Positions 30,722-40,294 of a DNA stretch of 54,227 nt are shown here, one piece after another. Below the pieces are notes generated by a model, which was given only the letters and a program-made list of their open reading frames with translations, was not told the origin of the DNA and did no database searches. A program made the position numbers and the translations under genes. The DNA is from Chlamydiia bacterium (GTDB lineage Bacteria > Chlamydiota > Chlamydiia > Chlamydiales > Rhabdochlamydiaceae): NCBI GenBank assembly GCA_963804085.1, contig CAWDOQ010000008.1:1-54227 (forward strand), written 5' to 3'. Numbering within the stretch: position 1 is the stretch's first letter; each line of letters begins with the position of its first letter.

Positions 30722-31009
30722 TCGAAGAATTCACGCAAAGACGCCGAGACGCGGAGAGTAAAAATCCGCAAAGCAAAATATCTGCCGCAGCAGATATTTT
30801 ACCTTTGGAAGGAAGATAAAAGTTACGATGAGGTTCTTGTCTTAGCTCGTTTTCTTCCGTGAGTTCTTTTGCATTCCTTCCATAAAGTCAAAAAAATCTG
30901 CAGCTGCGTCAGCAGATGATAGATATTTTTGCTTTGCATCGCGTCTCAGCGTCTCTGCGTCAATTCTGCGATTAAATCGGGCAGAGGCACGGGCACGCAC
31001 ACGGGCACG
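30679..31009. repeat. Composite nested palindromic element (hexamer family with a 250-bp insert at 30722-30971)
   Basis: Family core split at TTAA with TTAA on both sides; inner arms form nested inverted repeats. Confidence 0.8.
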
Positions 31010-31018
31010 AAGGGGAGG

Positions 31019-32029
31019 TTAGGCGATTTTTTTGCGGCCGGGAGGGGCAGAAGTGGGAGGAGCCATAAACTCTGCTCCAATTGCGGTAGGGATTGTCTCC
31101 TCTAAGATCTCATCGATCTCTGTAAAATCATCTGCTCTTAGCTTCCATCCCCAAATCGTCTCTATGCCTTCCAATTGCTCGGGGCGTCGAGCACCCCAAA
31201 GTGCAACATCGACTCCCTCATCGAGCGCAAAGCGAAAAGCAAGCGCAAGCAGGGATTTGTTGTGCTTTTCTTGAGCCCATTTTTCTAGCCTTTTTGCAGC
31301 GCGCAGGTAACTTGAGTAGTGCGGCTCTTGAAATTTCGGATCTGTTTTGCGCAGATCATCGCCCGTAAATTTCCTTCTTTTTTCCATTTTGCCGCTCAAA
31401 AGTCCGCGGCACAAGGATCCATATCCCAAAACGGCTATCTTCTTTTGCAGGCAATAGGGAAGCTCCTCCTCCTCTATTTTTCTTTCAAAAAGATTGTAGG
31501 GGGATTGTAGAGAGTGAAGAGGGGCGTGCTTCTTAAACTCCTCCATCTGCTCTACAGAAAAGTTGCTCACGCCGATGGCGCGAATTTTTCCCTCTTTCAG
31601 CAGTTGCTGGAGAGTCTTGGCTGTCTCTGAAATGGAGGTAAAAGGGTCTGGCCAATGGACTTGATACAGGTCGATAGAGTCTACTCGGAGCCTTTTTAAA
31701 GAGGCCTCAACCTCTTTGAGGAGGGTCTCTTTTCGCGTGTCCCGATAGATCTTTTCATTCTTCCAGCTAAGACCTGTTTTAGTGGCTAGGATGATCTGAT
31801 CTCTTTTTCCGTACTGCTTAAGAGCCTTTCCTACGATCTCTTCTGAGAGGCCAAATCCGTAAACAGGAGCTGTGTCGATTAAGTTAATGCCCAGGTCCAG
31901 AGCATGGTGGATCGTGGCTATCGCTTCCTTCTCCTCCGTACCTCCCCACATCCATCCGCCGATAGACCATGTGCCTAAACCCACTCTTGAAATTTTTTTC
32001 TTTAGATTGGGGATGGCTGCAAATTCCAT
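31019..32029 (-). CDS. Aldo/keto reductase
   Basis: GLGTW, IDTAPVYG, LATK, IDLYQVHWPD, IRAIGVSNF. Confidence 0.95.
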   Translation of the reverse strand: MEFAAIPNLKKKISRVGLGTWSIGGWMWGGTEEKEAIATIHHALDLGINLIDTAPVYGFGLSEEIVGKALKQYGKRDQIILATKTGLSWKNEKIYRDTRKETLLKEVEASLKRLRVDSIDLYQVHWPDPFTSISETAKTLQQLLKEGKIRAIGVSNFSVEQMEEFKKHAPLHSLQSPYNLFERKIEEEELPYCLQKKIAVLGYGSLCRGLLSGKMEKRRKFTGDDLRKTDPKFQEPHYSSYLRAAKRLEKWAQEKHNKSLLALAFRFALDEGVDVALWGARRPEQLEGIETIWGWKLRADDFTEIDEILEETIPTAIGAEFMAPPTSAPPGRKKIA

Positions 32030-32051
32030 TTTGAACCTTTTTGTTTTTTAA

Positions 32052-32315
32052 CTAGTCCGAGCGCTGGCCGCGCCAGTTTCTCTGATTGTTACGGTCATGA
32101 TTCTCATCGTCATCATTATGGCGGCGTCTCTCGTCATCATCATCCCTGTTACGGTCACGACGATCGCGGTCATCATCATCACGATGGTCGCGGTTATCAT
32201 CACGCCGATAGTCGTGATTGTCATCGCCTAGATATAGAGGAAATTTGGAAGAGCATTCTCCCTTTAGGCATGGAGCTAAAAGGCAGATGCCCAGAAGAGC
32301 AATGAGAGTTTTCAT
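32052..32315 (-). CDS. Small secreted Asp/Arg-rich protein
   Basis: Signal-peptide-like MKTLIALLGICLLAPCL, then RDD/RHN low-complexity repeats; AAGGA RBS. Confidence 0.6.
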   Translation of the reverse strand: MKTLIALLGICLLAPCLKGECSSKFPLYLGDDNHDYRRDDNRDHRDDDDRDRRDRNRDDDDERRRHNDDDENHDRNNQRNWRGQRSD

Positions 32316-32411
32316 GTGCTTCCTTGTGTTTAACGATAAGAGGTCTAAATTTGTTTATAGAATAATAGGAATTTCTGACGCAAGAGTTTAAAATGTATTT
32401 TATCTTAAATA

Positions 32412-32490
32412 CGTGCCCGCGTGCGTGCCCGTGCCCGTGCCCGAATTAATCCGGATCGGGCAAGGGCAAGGGCACGGGCAAGGGCAGGGG
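32412..32490. repeat. Hexamer palindrome, GATCCGGATTAATT-core family (reverse orientation)
   Basis: (GTGCCC)n-GAATTAATCCGGATC-(GGGCAA/GGGCAC)n. Confidence 0.9.
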
Positions 32491-32562
32491 GTAAGAAGTG
32501 GCAGCGAATTATATCCAAACATCTTGACACCCAACCATTTATTACTCTAAAATTGCCTCCAA

Positions 32563-33453
32563 ATGATAAAAAGCATGACGGCTTATGGCCGTGCTAAGAG
32601 CAGCTCGCGCGAGGCGAGCTGGGTGGTCGAGCTACATTCGGTGAATCGGAAGATGCTCGATATCAATGTTAACTTGCCAAGAGAGTTTTTGCGCTTTGAT
32701 CTGGAAGTGAGAAAATGGCTCTCGGAAAAGATCCAGCGTGGACAGATCACTGTACGCATCTCGCTTGAACAAGAGGATCTCATCGAGGAGAGTTTAAGAG
32801 GGTCGCTCGAGACTTTAAAGCCGCTCAAAAGTGCGTGGGAGAAGATCGCTAAAGGTCTGGGGTATGATCCGAAAAAAGAGATCGATCTGCAGTTTTTATG
32901 CGCGAGAATGCCTCCTGCGAGCTCTGTCAATCTCGGGAAAAATGAAGAGGCAGTAAAAAAGGCGCTCCAAGCAACTATCAATAAAGCGTTAAAAGAGCTC
33001 CTCGAGATGAAAGAGAGAGAAGGGCAGAATCTTGCAAAAGATGTGAAGATGCGCCTCTCTTTAATTGAAACGGCCGCACAAAAGATAGCTAAGTTTGCAC
33101 CCAAAGCCACGGAAAATTTCCGTAAAAAGCTACTCGAGAGAATCCAAGAGGTTACAAAAAAACAAGATAAAGAAACGGAAGAGCGCATTTTAAAAGAGGT
33201 GGCTCTCTTTGCAGAAAGGTGCGACATTACAGAAGAGCTGACACGTCTTGCTTCACATATCGAGCAATTTCGCCACTATTTAGCATCAGGAGATAAAACG
33301 GTGGGACGCACTCTCGACTTTTTGACACAGGAGCTAAACCGTGAGATCAACACGATAGCATCCAAGTCGCAAGAGGGGGAGATCGCTCATTTAACGGTTA
33401 TGATGAAAAGCGAGCTAGAAAAGATACGCGAACAGCTCCAAAACATTGAGTGA
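32563..33453 (+). CDS. yicC: YicC/YloC family endoribonuclease
   Basis: MIKSMTAYGR, DITEELTRLASH, GRTLDFLTQELNREINTIASK, IREQLQNIE. Confidence 0.93.
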   Translation: MIKSMTAYGRAKSSSREASWVVELHSVNRKMLDINVNLPREFLRFDLEVRKWLSEKIQRGQITVRISLEQEDLIEESLRGSLETLKPLKSAWEKIAKGLGYDPKKEIDLQFLCARMPPASSVNLGKNEEAVKKALQATINKALKELLEMKEREGQNLAKDVKMRLSLIETAAQKIAKFAPKATENFRKKLLERIQEVTKKQDKETEERILKEVALFAERCDITEELTRLASHIEQFRHYLASGDKTVGRTLDFLTQELNREINTIASKSQEGEIAHLTVMMKSELEKIREQLQNIE

Positions 33454-33456
33454 TGT

Positions 33457-34053
33457 ATGTTACTTGGAAATTTGACTAAAGGTCTGGTCTTTGTTTTAAG
33501 TGCACCGGCAGGCACCGGCAAGACTACGCTTGTAGAGATGTTGAGACGCGAGTTTAGTGCAGTCGAGCAGAGCGTCTCTTGTACGACACGCAAGCCGAGA
33601 AAGGGCGAGGTGGATGGAAAGGATTACCACTTCCTTTCTGAGACGGAGTTTAAAAAGCGGATCAAAGCGGGCGATTTTTTAGAGTATGCAGAGGTTTTTG
33701 GCAACTACTACGGCACCTCGAAGGCATTTGTAGAGAAGCAGCAGAAGAAGGGGAAGGATGTCTTTCTTGTGATCGACACTCAGGGAGCATTGCAGCTTAA
33801 GAAGAAAAAGTTTCCTGCAATCTTCATCTTCGTAAGCCCACCCTCTTTGAAGGAGCTTAAAGAGAGGATGCTGAAGCGCAAAACTGAGACGCCAGAGTCG
33901 ATTGCACACAGACTCTCTTGGGCCAAACGGGAGATAGCGCACGCAAAACATTACGACTACCACATCATCAACGAGGAGTTGGATGTGGCCTATGACATTC
34001 TGCGAAGCATTGTCATAGCCGAAGAACACAAAATGAAAAAAAGAGGGAAATAA
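33457..34053 (+). CDS. gmk: Guanylate kinase
   Basis: SAPAGTGKTT, SCTTRKPRKGEVDGKDYHF, YYGT. Confidence 0.97.
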   Translation: MLLGNLTKGLVFVLSAPAGTGKTTLVEMLRREFSAVEQSVSCTTRKPRKGEVDGKDYHFLSETEFKKRIKAGDFLEYAEVFGNYYGTSKAFVEKQQKKGKDVFLVIDTQGALQLKKKKFPAIFIFVSPPSLKELKERMLKRKTETPESIAHRLSWAKREIAHAKHYDYHIINEELDVAYDILRSIVIAEEHKMKKRGK

Positions 34054-34055
34054 GT

Positions 34056-34277
34056 ATGAAAGAGCAGCTGACAAACGAACGCCTAAAAGGTCTTTTTAAG
34101 AGCAATTTCGAGCTCGCTGCCCATGCAATCCGCTTGGGAAGATACTATATTCGATCTGGACATGAGATGCATGTCGACGAGGTGCTAGAAGAGATCCGCA
34201 AGCACCCCAGTGTAAATTATGTAGACGAGCTACAAGAGATCGACGCACAAGAAGACAAGAATGCAGAGAACGAGTAA
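34056..34277 (+). CDS. rpoZ: Probable RNA polymerase omega subunit (divergent chlamydial type)
   Basis: LTNERL...FKSNFEL motif; position between gmk and metG matches the chlamydial omega gene. Confidence 0.55.
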   Translation: MKEQLTNERLKGLFKSNFELAAHAIRLGRYYIRSGHEMHVDEVLEEIRKHPSVNYVDELQEIDAQEDKNAENE

Positions 34278-36300
34278 AAAAGTACTCATCACTTCAGCTC
34301 TTCCGTATGCCAATGGTCCGCTGCATTTTGGCCATATTGCGGGTGCCTACCTCCCTGCAGATTGCTTTGCGCGTTTCATGCGGCTTGATGGCGCAGATGT
34401 TCTTTATATCTGTGGCTCAGATGAGCATGGCGTCGCAATCACTCTGAGTGCGGAGCAGGCAAAGCGTACGCCTAAAGAGCATGTCGATCTCTTTCACGAG
34501 GTAAATCGTAAGTTTTTCGAAAAATTGCAGATCTCGTTCGACCATTTTTCGCGCACAACTTGGCCTGGCCATGTCCCTACAACGCAGCAGTTTTTTAAAG
34601 ACCTCAAAGAAAATGGATATATCGAAGAGAAGATTACCCAGCAGCTCTACTCGGAAGAGGACAAGAGGTTTTTAGCTGACCGCTATGTCGTGGGCATCTG
34701 TCCTAAATGTGGATTTACTGAGGCAAGAGGGGATGAGTGCCAAAGGTGCGGAGCGAGTTATGAGGCGACCGATTTAAAGGAGCCGCGCTCTAAAATCACC
34801 GGCAGCAAACTCATTTTAAAGCCGACGCTCCACTGGTTTTTACGTTTCGATATGTTCAAGGATAAGCTTGCCAAGTGGCTCGAGACAAAAGCGTGGAAGA
34901 GCAATGTTCTCAACTTTGCCAAAACCTATGTCGACGAGTTAAGAGAGCGAGCCATCACGCGCGATGGCGACTGGGGCATTCCGGTTCCGCTTGCAGAGGC
35001 CAAAGGCAAGATCTTCTATGTCTGGTTTGATGCGCCGATTGGCTATATATCCGCTACAAAAGAGTGGGCGGAAAAGATTGGAAAACCCGATGCTTGGAAA
35101 GAGTATTGGCTAGATACCGATACGCGCTATGTTCAGTTCATCGGCAAAGACAACATTCCCTTTCACGCTGTATTTTTTCCTGCGATGGTCATGGGGCAAA
35201 ATCAGCCCTACAAGCTTGTCGACGATCTTCCCGCCAACGAGTTTTACAATTTAGAGGGAAGACAGTTTAGCAAATCTGAAGGCTGGACGATCGATCTGGA
35301 AACCTTTTTTCAAAAATTCACAGTCGATCAGATCCGCTATACAATCGCAGCCAATGCTCCAGAGACGCAAGATGCGGAGTTTACCTGGAAAGATTTTCAA
35401 ATGCGCTGCAATGCAGAGCTGCTCGGAAAATATGGCAATTTAGCAAATCGTGTGCTTGTATTTGCTGCCACGCATTGTAAAGGCATTGTCCCGCACCATG
35501 CAAAAAAAGAGGCAGTAATAAAAGAAGCGGAAGAGATCGCAGCGAGAATCAAAGAGGCTTTTAGCACTTTTCATCTGCGTAAAGCTAGCCAGCTGATCAT
35601 GGAACTTGCACACATCGGCAACGTCTATTTCGATGCGAAAAAGCCGTGGCAGATGGCCAAAGATCCCGCAATGCACGCCGAGATGGAAAATGTCATCTAT
35701 AACTGCTTAGAGTGCTTAAAGATTCTTGCGATCGTGTCGTTTCCCATCATACCTGATACAGCTCGGCACCTCTGGAAGCTGCTTGGCCAAAATGAGCCGA
35801 TCATAAGCTGGGAAGAGCAGATTAAGAAACCCCTTAAAGCAGGGCAAGCCCTGCCTCCGCCTGTCCACCTCTTCGCCAAAGTGGAAGATGAGGTAATAGA
35901 AAAAGAGATAGAAAAGTTAAAAGGATTAAAACCTATGGAAACACCAGAAGTCTCTACACCACCTGCTCCCTTGAAGGAGCCGATCACGATCGACGATGTG
36001 CGCAAGCTAGATTTGCGCGTCGGACAAATTCTTGAGGCCGTTAGGATCCCGAAGAGCAAAAAGCTGCTCAAACTCACTGTTGATCTCGGCTTTGAAAAAA
36101 GGAGTGTCGTAGCCGGCATTGGCGATAAGCTTGAAGATATCAATACGCTTCTTAATCAGAAGGTTGTAATCGTCGCCAACCTCAAGCCCGCTCTTCTCAT
36201 GGGCGTAGAAAGCCAGGGAATGCTCCTCGCTGCCGATACAACGCTCGGCATAGAGCTGCCGAACTTCACTAAGGCCATTCCTGGCACTCCGGTTACCTGA
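34261..36300 (+). CDS. metG: Methionine--tRNA ligase with C-terminal tRNA-binding domain
   Basis: TSALPYANGPLHFGH, YVWFDAPIGY, GKDNIPFH, QFSKS, VANLKP. Confidence 0.97.
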   Translation: MQRTSKKVLITSALPYANGPLHFGHIAGAYLPADCFARFMRLDGADVLYICGSDEHGVAITLSAEQAKRTPKEHVDLFHEVNRKFFEKLQISFDHFSRTTWPGHVPTTQQFFKDLKENGYIEEKITQQLYSEEDKRFLADRYVVGICPKCGFTEARGDECQRCGASYEATDLKEPRSKITGSKLILKPTLHWFLRFDMFKDKLAKWLETKAWKSNVLNFAKTYVDELRERAITRDGDWGIPVPLAEAKGKIFYVWFDAPIGYISATKEWAEKIGKPDAWKEYWLDTDTRYVQFIGKDNIPFHAVFFPAMVMGQNQPYKLVDDLPANEFYNLEGRQFSKSEGWTIDLETFFQKFTVDQIRYTIAANAPETQDAEFTWKDFQMRCNAELLGKYGNLANRVLVFAATHCKGIVPHHAKKEAVIKEAEEIAARIKEAFSTFHLRKASQLIMELAHIGNVYFDAKKPWQMAKDPAMHAEMENVIYNCLECLKILAIVSFPIIPDTARHLWKLLGQNEPIISWEEQIKKPLKAGQALPPPVHLFAKVEDEVIEKEIEKLKGLKPMETPEVSTPPAPLKEPITIDDVRKLDLRVGQILEAVRIPKSKKLLKLTVDLGFEKRSVVAGIGDKLEDINTLLNQKVVIVANLKPALLMGVESQGMLLAADTTLGIELPNFTKAIPGTPVT

Positions 36301-36363
36301 CTTTTCTGCAAGGAAATGCGGAAAAGTCTTGACTTTTCTGCAATCCGCTGCAAAATAGTCAAG
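36298..36363. promoter_or_regulatory. Twin related hairpins between metG and the AAA gene
   Basis: GACTTTTCTGCA-aggaaa-TGCGGAAAAGTC, then TTGACTTTTCTGCA-atccgc-TGCAAAATAGTCAA; the second contains a TTGACT -35-like hexamer. Confidence 0.5.
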
Positions 36364-36364
36364 T

Positions 36365-37486
36365 ATGGAAAGGTATCAAAAGAAGGCGATTATAGCGGAT
36401 CTTAAAAAAAAGATGGTTTTTCTGGCTGGCCCTAGGCAAGCAGGGAAAACCACTTTAGCAAAAAAGATCGCGAGCGAATTTAAATCTTCTATCTATCTCA
36501 CCTATGACCATTTAGAGGATCGTAGGATCATTTTAGACGAGGGATGGCTTCCCTCTGTTGAATTGATCATTCTTGATGAGATCCATAAGATGCCGAAGTG
36601 GAAAAACTATCTCAAAGGGGTCTACGATACTAAATTATCGCATCAAAAAATTCTCGTGACGGGAAGCGCTCGTCTAGAGGTTTTTAATAAGGTGGGGGAT
36701 TCACTAGCAGGGCGTTATTTCTTGCATAGGTTGCTCCCGCTCTCTTGTGCGGAATGCGATAAGATCCACCAGAAATACACACTGGATCGGTTTTTAGAAA
36801 GAAGCGGATTTCCTGAACCATTTCTTGCAAAAACTCAAAGAGATGCCGACAGATGGCGCCTTCAATATGTCGATAGCTTACTTCGCATCGATGTCCTAGA
36901 TTTTGAGAATATTCAAAATTTGAATGCGATTCGGTTAGTTTTTGATATGCTTCGAGAGCGCGTGGGCTCGCCGATCTCCTACAGCTCTATTGCGCAAGAT
37001 GCTGCTATCTCTCCGAATACTGTTAAAAAATATGTCCAGATTCTCGAAGCGCTTTACATTGTTTTTCGCATTACTCCCTTTTCTCGAAATATTGCACGTA
37101 GCATTTTAAAAGAGCCAAAAATTTACTTTTTTGATGTGGGACTTGTTAAAGGCGATAAGGGAGTTAAGTTTGAAAATTTTGTCGCTGCTAGTTTGCTCAA
37201 GCATGTATTTGCAAAAGTTGACTATAAAGCGGAAGATTATACATTGAACTATCTCCACACCAAAGAAAAGCATGAAGTGGATTTTGCACTTGTTCGAAAC
37301 AAGCAGATCGAAAAAATGATCGAAGTCAAACATGCCGACCACGCCATCAATCCTGGGTTGCACTACTTTCGCGAAAAATACCACTTGCCTGCTGTTCAAG
37401 TCGTAAAAGAGATAAAACGCGAGTCAGTCCACAAAGGAATAGAAGTAGTATCGGCACACAACTTTCTTAAAGAGCTTTTTTTGTGA
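36365..37486 (+). CDS. AAA+ ATPase (AAA_14 + DUF4143 type)
   Basis: GPRQAGKTT, ILDEIHK, VTGSA, SLAGR, PKIYFFDVG, FENFV, EVDF...IEVK. Confidence 0.9.
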   Translation: MERYQKKAIIADLKKKMVFLAGPRQAGKTTLAKKIASEFKSSIYLTYDHLEDRRIILDEGWLPSVELIILDEIHKMPKWKNYLKGVYDTKLSHQKILVTGSARLEVFNKVGDSLAGRYFLHRLLPLSCAECDKIHQKYTLDRFLERSGFPEPFLAKTQRDADRWRLQYVDSLLRIDVLDFENIQNLNAIRLVFDMLRERVGSPISYSSIAQDAAISPNTVKKYVQILEALYIVFRITPFSRNIARSILKEPKIYFFDVGLVKGDKGVKFENFVAASLLKHVFAKVDYKAEDYTLNYLHTKEKHEVDFALVRNKQIEKMIEVKHADHAINPGLHYFREKYHLPAVQVVKEIKRESVHKGIEVVSAHNFLKELFL

Positions 37487-37558
37487 AAAGAGTTTTGACA
37501 AAAGATCAATTTTTAATATAGTCGGTTCCTGCCTTTTAAACTGGGAGGCGAAAAAAAG

Positions 37559-39805
37559 ATGCCTGGAGTTCCGACGCTTGACGATCTAGCAAAGCATGTG
37601 CGTGGGGAGTCCCATTCTCCAAAAAAGCCAGGGTTTTTTAAGAAGGGAAAAAGGCTGCTTTTTTTCTGTTTCAGTTTTTTGCTCTTGTTTTGCTCTTTTT
37701 TCATATTCCATGGAAAGATAACCCATTTTTTTTCTGCCGAACCTCTTGTCTACATAAAGCCGATGCACCCTGATTTTATTGGGCGTTTGAGCTATCTAAA
37801 ACGGCTAAAGAAACTCCTCGAAAGCAGCTCCGAAAAGGTCCCTATTGCAGTCCTATGGGGAGCTGCAGGGGTAGGCAAAAGCGAGATTGCGATAACTTTT
37901 GCTAATCAGAATTTAAAAAATTTCACGGTGACCTACTGGATCGACTCTGCAACGGAAGAGCTCTACCGTGCAAGCTACTACCATCTCGCACAGCAGCTCG
38001 GCATCCCATTTGACGAAAAGGAGTCGACTCCTGAAATGGTGCGCAAAGTGCACCACCATTTGGAAACTGAAACACGGGATCAGCCTTGGCTTCTCATCTT
38101 TGATAACGCAGAAAAGGTCCCCGAACTTCCTTTAAGAGGGAGAGGCGCTATTATTGTCACTGTGCGCAATCAAATACCTTGGCACTCGTTTCCTTGTTTA
38201 GAGGTTACATCGTTCTCTGAAGAGGAGGCAATTGCACTCTTTGATAAGATCGTAAAGAAGATCGATAGCCGCAACAAGATCGCGCTGATTCGCGAACTCG
38301 ATTGCTTTCCGCTCGCTTTGAACCTTGCATTCCACTACGTGGCAGAGACACCCGGAATGACTGAGGAGGAGTATTTAAATCTGCTCGCTCAAAATAGAGT
38401 CGATCTGATTGAAAATATGCCGCTCGATGCGCGCTATCCCACCCGTCTTTTGGCATCTTGGAAAATCATCGCAAATCAGCTGCAAGAAAAACACCCGGAA
38501 GCACTGGATTGGCTCCATTTTTGCACCTACCTTGCTCCTGATGGTATTCCTCTTTCTTGGTTAGAAGAGAGACTCGGCCAACTTAACTCTAAAGATGCAT
38601 TTTCGATGAAAATGCGTATGAATGAAGTGCTCCGCGTGATCGTCAATCAGGGCCTCATGCGTTATGATAAAAATAAGAGGGTCTTTTCCATCCACAGGTT
38701 GAAGCAAGAGGTGTTTAAACGCGATCCGCATTTTGATCCCAAGATAAAAAATGCAGTATTTGATCTCTTAGAGAAGACTGGGCGGACTCTGAATGTCGAT
38801 CAGTTAGAGGATTGGGAAAAGCTTTTTGCATGGGAACCCCACGCTCTTGCTGCGCTCCAGATGGAGGGCTTGCCTCCTTTGCAAGAGGCGGAGATTCGCG
38901 CTGTCTTGGGAAGATGGGCGAAAAATTTGGGGAATTATGCGCCTGCACAAGAGCACTTTGAAAAAGCACTAGCTATTCGCAGAGAGTATCTGCCTCCTGT
39001 TCATGAGGACACAGCCCGCACGCTTAATAATTTGGGGAGCCTCTGGTTTCACTTGGGGAAGTATCAGGAAGCGCTTCCTATTCACGCTGAGGCGTTAGAG
39101 ATGCGTCTTCAGCTCTACCAACGCAAACCGCATAAATATATCGCGAGGTCTCTTAACCACATGGGCACCGTTTGGCAAAAGCTTTCCGATTTTGATATGG
39201 CGATCGCTTTCCATCAGAAAGCTTTAGAAATGGGTAAAAGCTTAGGAAGCCAAGAAAAAGAGGTTGGGCATGCTTTGAGTTATCTCGGTAATATCTGGTC
39301 ACATTTGAAGAAGTATGAAATAGCGCTTAATTACCACACCGAAGCGTATCAGATGCAAAAAGAGATCAATAAGCAGGAAAACGGGCAAAATCACCCAGAT
39401 GTGGCTCTCTGTCTCAATGATTTAGGAAATGATTGGAGGGAGCTAGGCGATTTTGCCAAGGCGGAGCAGTACCATGTTGAGGCATGGAAGATTCTAAAGG
39501 AGCTTTATAGAAATAGGCCCCATCCCCAGATAGCATTGACTCTGCACTACTTGGGTACAATGCACGAAGCGCAGAAAGAGTATGTGCGCGCTAGGGAAGA
39601 ATATAAAGAAGCGTTTGAGATGCAAAAAAAGATTTATCTTCTCGATGCTCCTCATCCCAATCTTGTGAAATCCCTGAGCAGTTTAGTCGTGATTTGCAGG
39701 AAGTTAAAAGAGACGTCTGAAGCGCATAAGTACTATCAGATATTGAAACAAATTTTAGGAGAGAGCCATCCATCCGTGATCGGTTTAAACATAGACAAAA
39801 AGTAG
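37559..39805 (+). CDS. Membrane-anchored STAND/NB-ARC-like NTPase with TPR repeats (NLR-like)
   Basis: TM helix LLFFCFSFLLLFCSFFIF; FIGR, GAAGVGKS, WLLIFDNA, FPLAL; ~42-aa kinesin-light-chain-type TPRs (HEDTARTLNNLG, HPDVALCLNDLG). Confidence 0.88.
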   Translation: MPGVPTLDDLAKHVRGESHSPKKPGFFKKGKRLLFFCFSFLLLFCSFFIFHGKITHFFSAEPLVYIKPMHPDFIGRLSYLKRLKKLLESSSEKVPIAVLWGAAGVGKSEIAITFANQNLKNFTVTYWIDSATEELYRASYYHLAQQLGIPFDEKESTPEMVRKVHHHLETETRDQPWLLIFDNAEKVPELPLRGRGAIIVTVRNQIPWHSFPCLEVTSFSEEEAIALFDKIVKKIDSRNKIALIRELDCFPLALNLAFHYVAETPGMTEEEYLNLLAQNRVDLIENMPLDARYPTRLLASWKIIANQLQEKHPEALDWLHFCTYLAPDGIPLSWLEERLGQLNSKDAFSMKMRMNEVLRVIVNQGLMRYDKNKRVFSIHRLKQEVFKRDPHFDPKIKNAVFDLLEKTGRTLNVDQLEDWEKLFAWEPHALAALQMEGLPPLQEAEIRAVLGRWAKNLGNYAPAQEHFEKALAIRREYLPPVHEDTARTLNNLGSLWFHLGKYQEALPIHAEALEMRLQLYQRKPHKYIARSLNHMGTVWQKLSDFDMAIAFHQKALEMGKSLGSQEKEVGHALSYLGNIWSHLKKYEIALNYHTEAYQMQKEINKQENGQNHPDVALCLNDLGNDWRELGDFAKAEQYHVEAWKILKELYRNRPHPQIALTLHYLGTMHEAQKEYVRAREEYKEAFEMQKKIYLLDAPHPNLVKSLSSLVVICRKLKETSEAHKYYQILKQILGESHPSVIGLNIDKK

Positions 39806-39861
39806 GGTAATCGAGGAAAATTCTTGTTTTCAAATAGCGATATTTAAACAAGGGGAGAAAT

Positions 39862-40251
39862 ATGGCAGCAAAAGTAGGATCAAACGAATCGAAAGAACAA
39901 GTAACGCATTTGGGTGTAGATGCGATTAAAATTGCATTAGGAAACAACAGCTTTAACCGTATTACAGTGATTGCTCAATCGGATCTCGGATTTCATCCAG
40001 AGAGCGTTTTGAAAGTTGCTTACTCAACTATCACTCCTCAAATCAGCCCAACGAGAATGGCAGCTTCCGAAGTGCGCGGGCCCGACTTTATTGCTGTGCG
40101 TTTTGCGCCTACCAATCAGCACGATTTGGATCATGCTAAGGTCTGGTTTGTTTTCAAAGACACTCTGATAAAAGCAGAAGTCACTGCCATTGTAAATTTG
40201 ATCGAAGGCAGCGCAATAACTATGGGCGGAGTCACCTATAAAAAGATTTAA
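39862..40251 (+). CDS. Hypothetical protein
   Basis: 129-aa ORF with GGGGAG RBS; no recognisable motif. Confidence 0.6.
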   Translation: MAAKVGSNESKEQVTHLGVDAIKIALGNNSFNRITVIAQSDLGFHPESVLKVAYSTITPQISPTRMAASEVRGPDFIAVRFAPTNQHDLDHAKVWFVFKDTLIKAEVTAIVNLIEGSAITMGGVTYKKI

Positions 40252-40274
40252 TAGTTGTCAAAATTAATCGTTTT

Positions 40275-40289
40275 GATCAAAATCAGATC
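40275..40289. promoter_or_regulatory. Putative operator box GATC-N7-GATC upstream of the XRE gene
   Basis: GATCAAAATCAGATC, overlapping a possible -10 (CAAAAT) 17 nt after TTGTCA (40255-40260). Confidence 0.45.
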
Positions 40290-40294
40290 GAATT

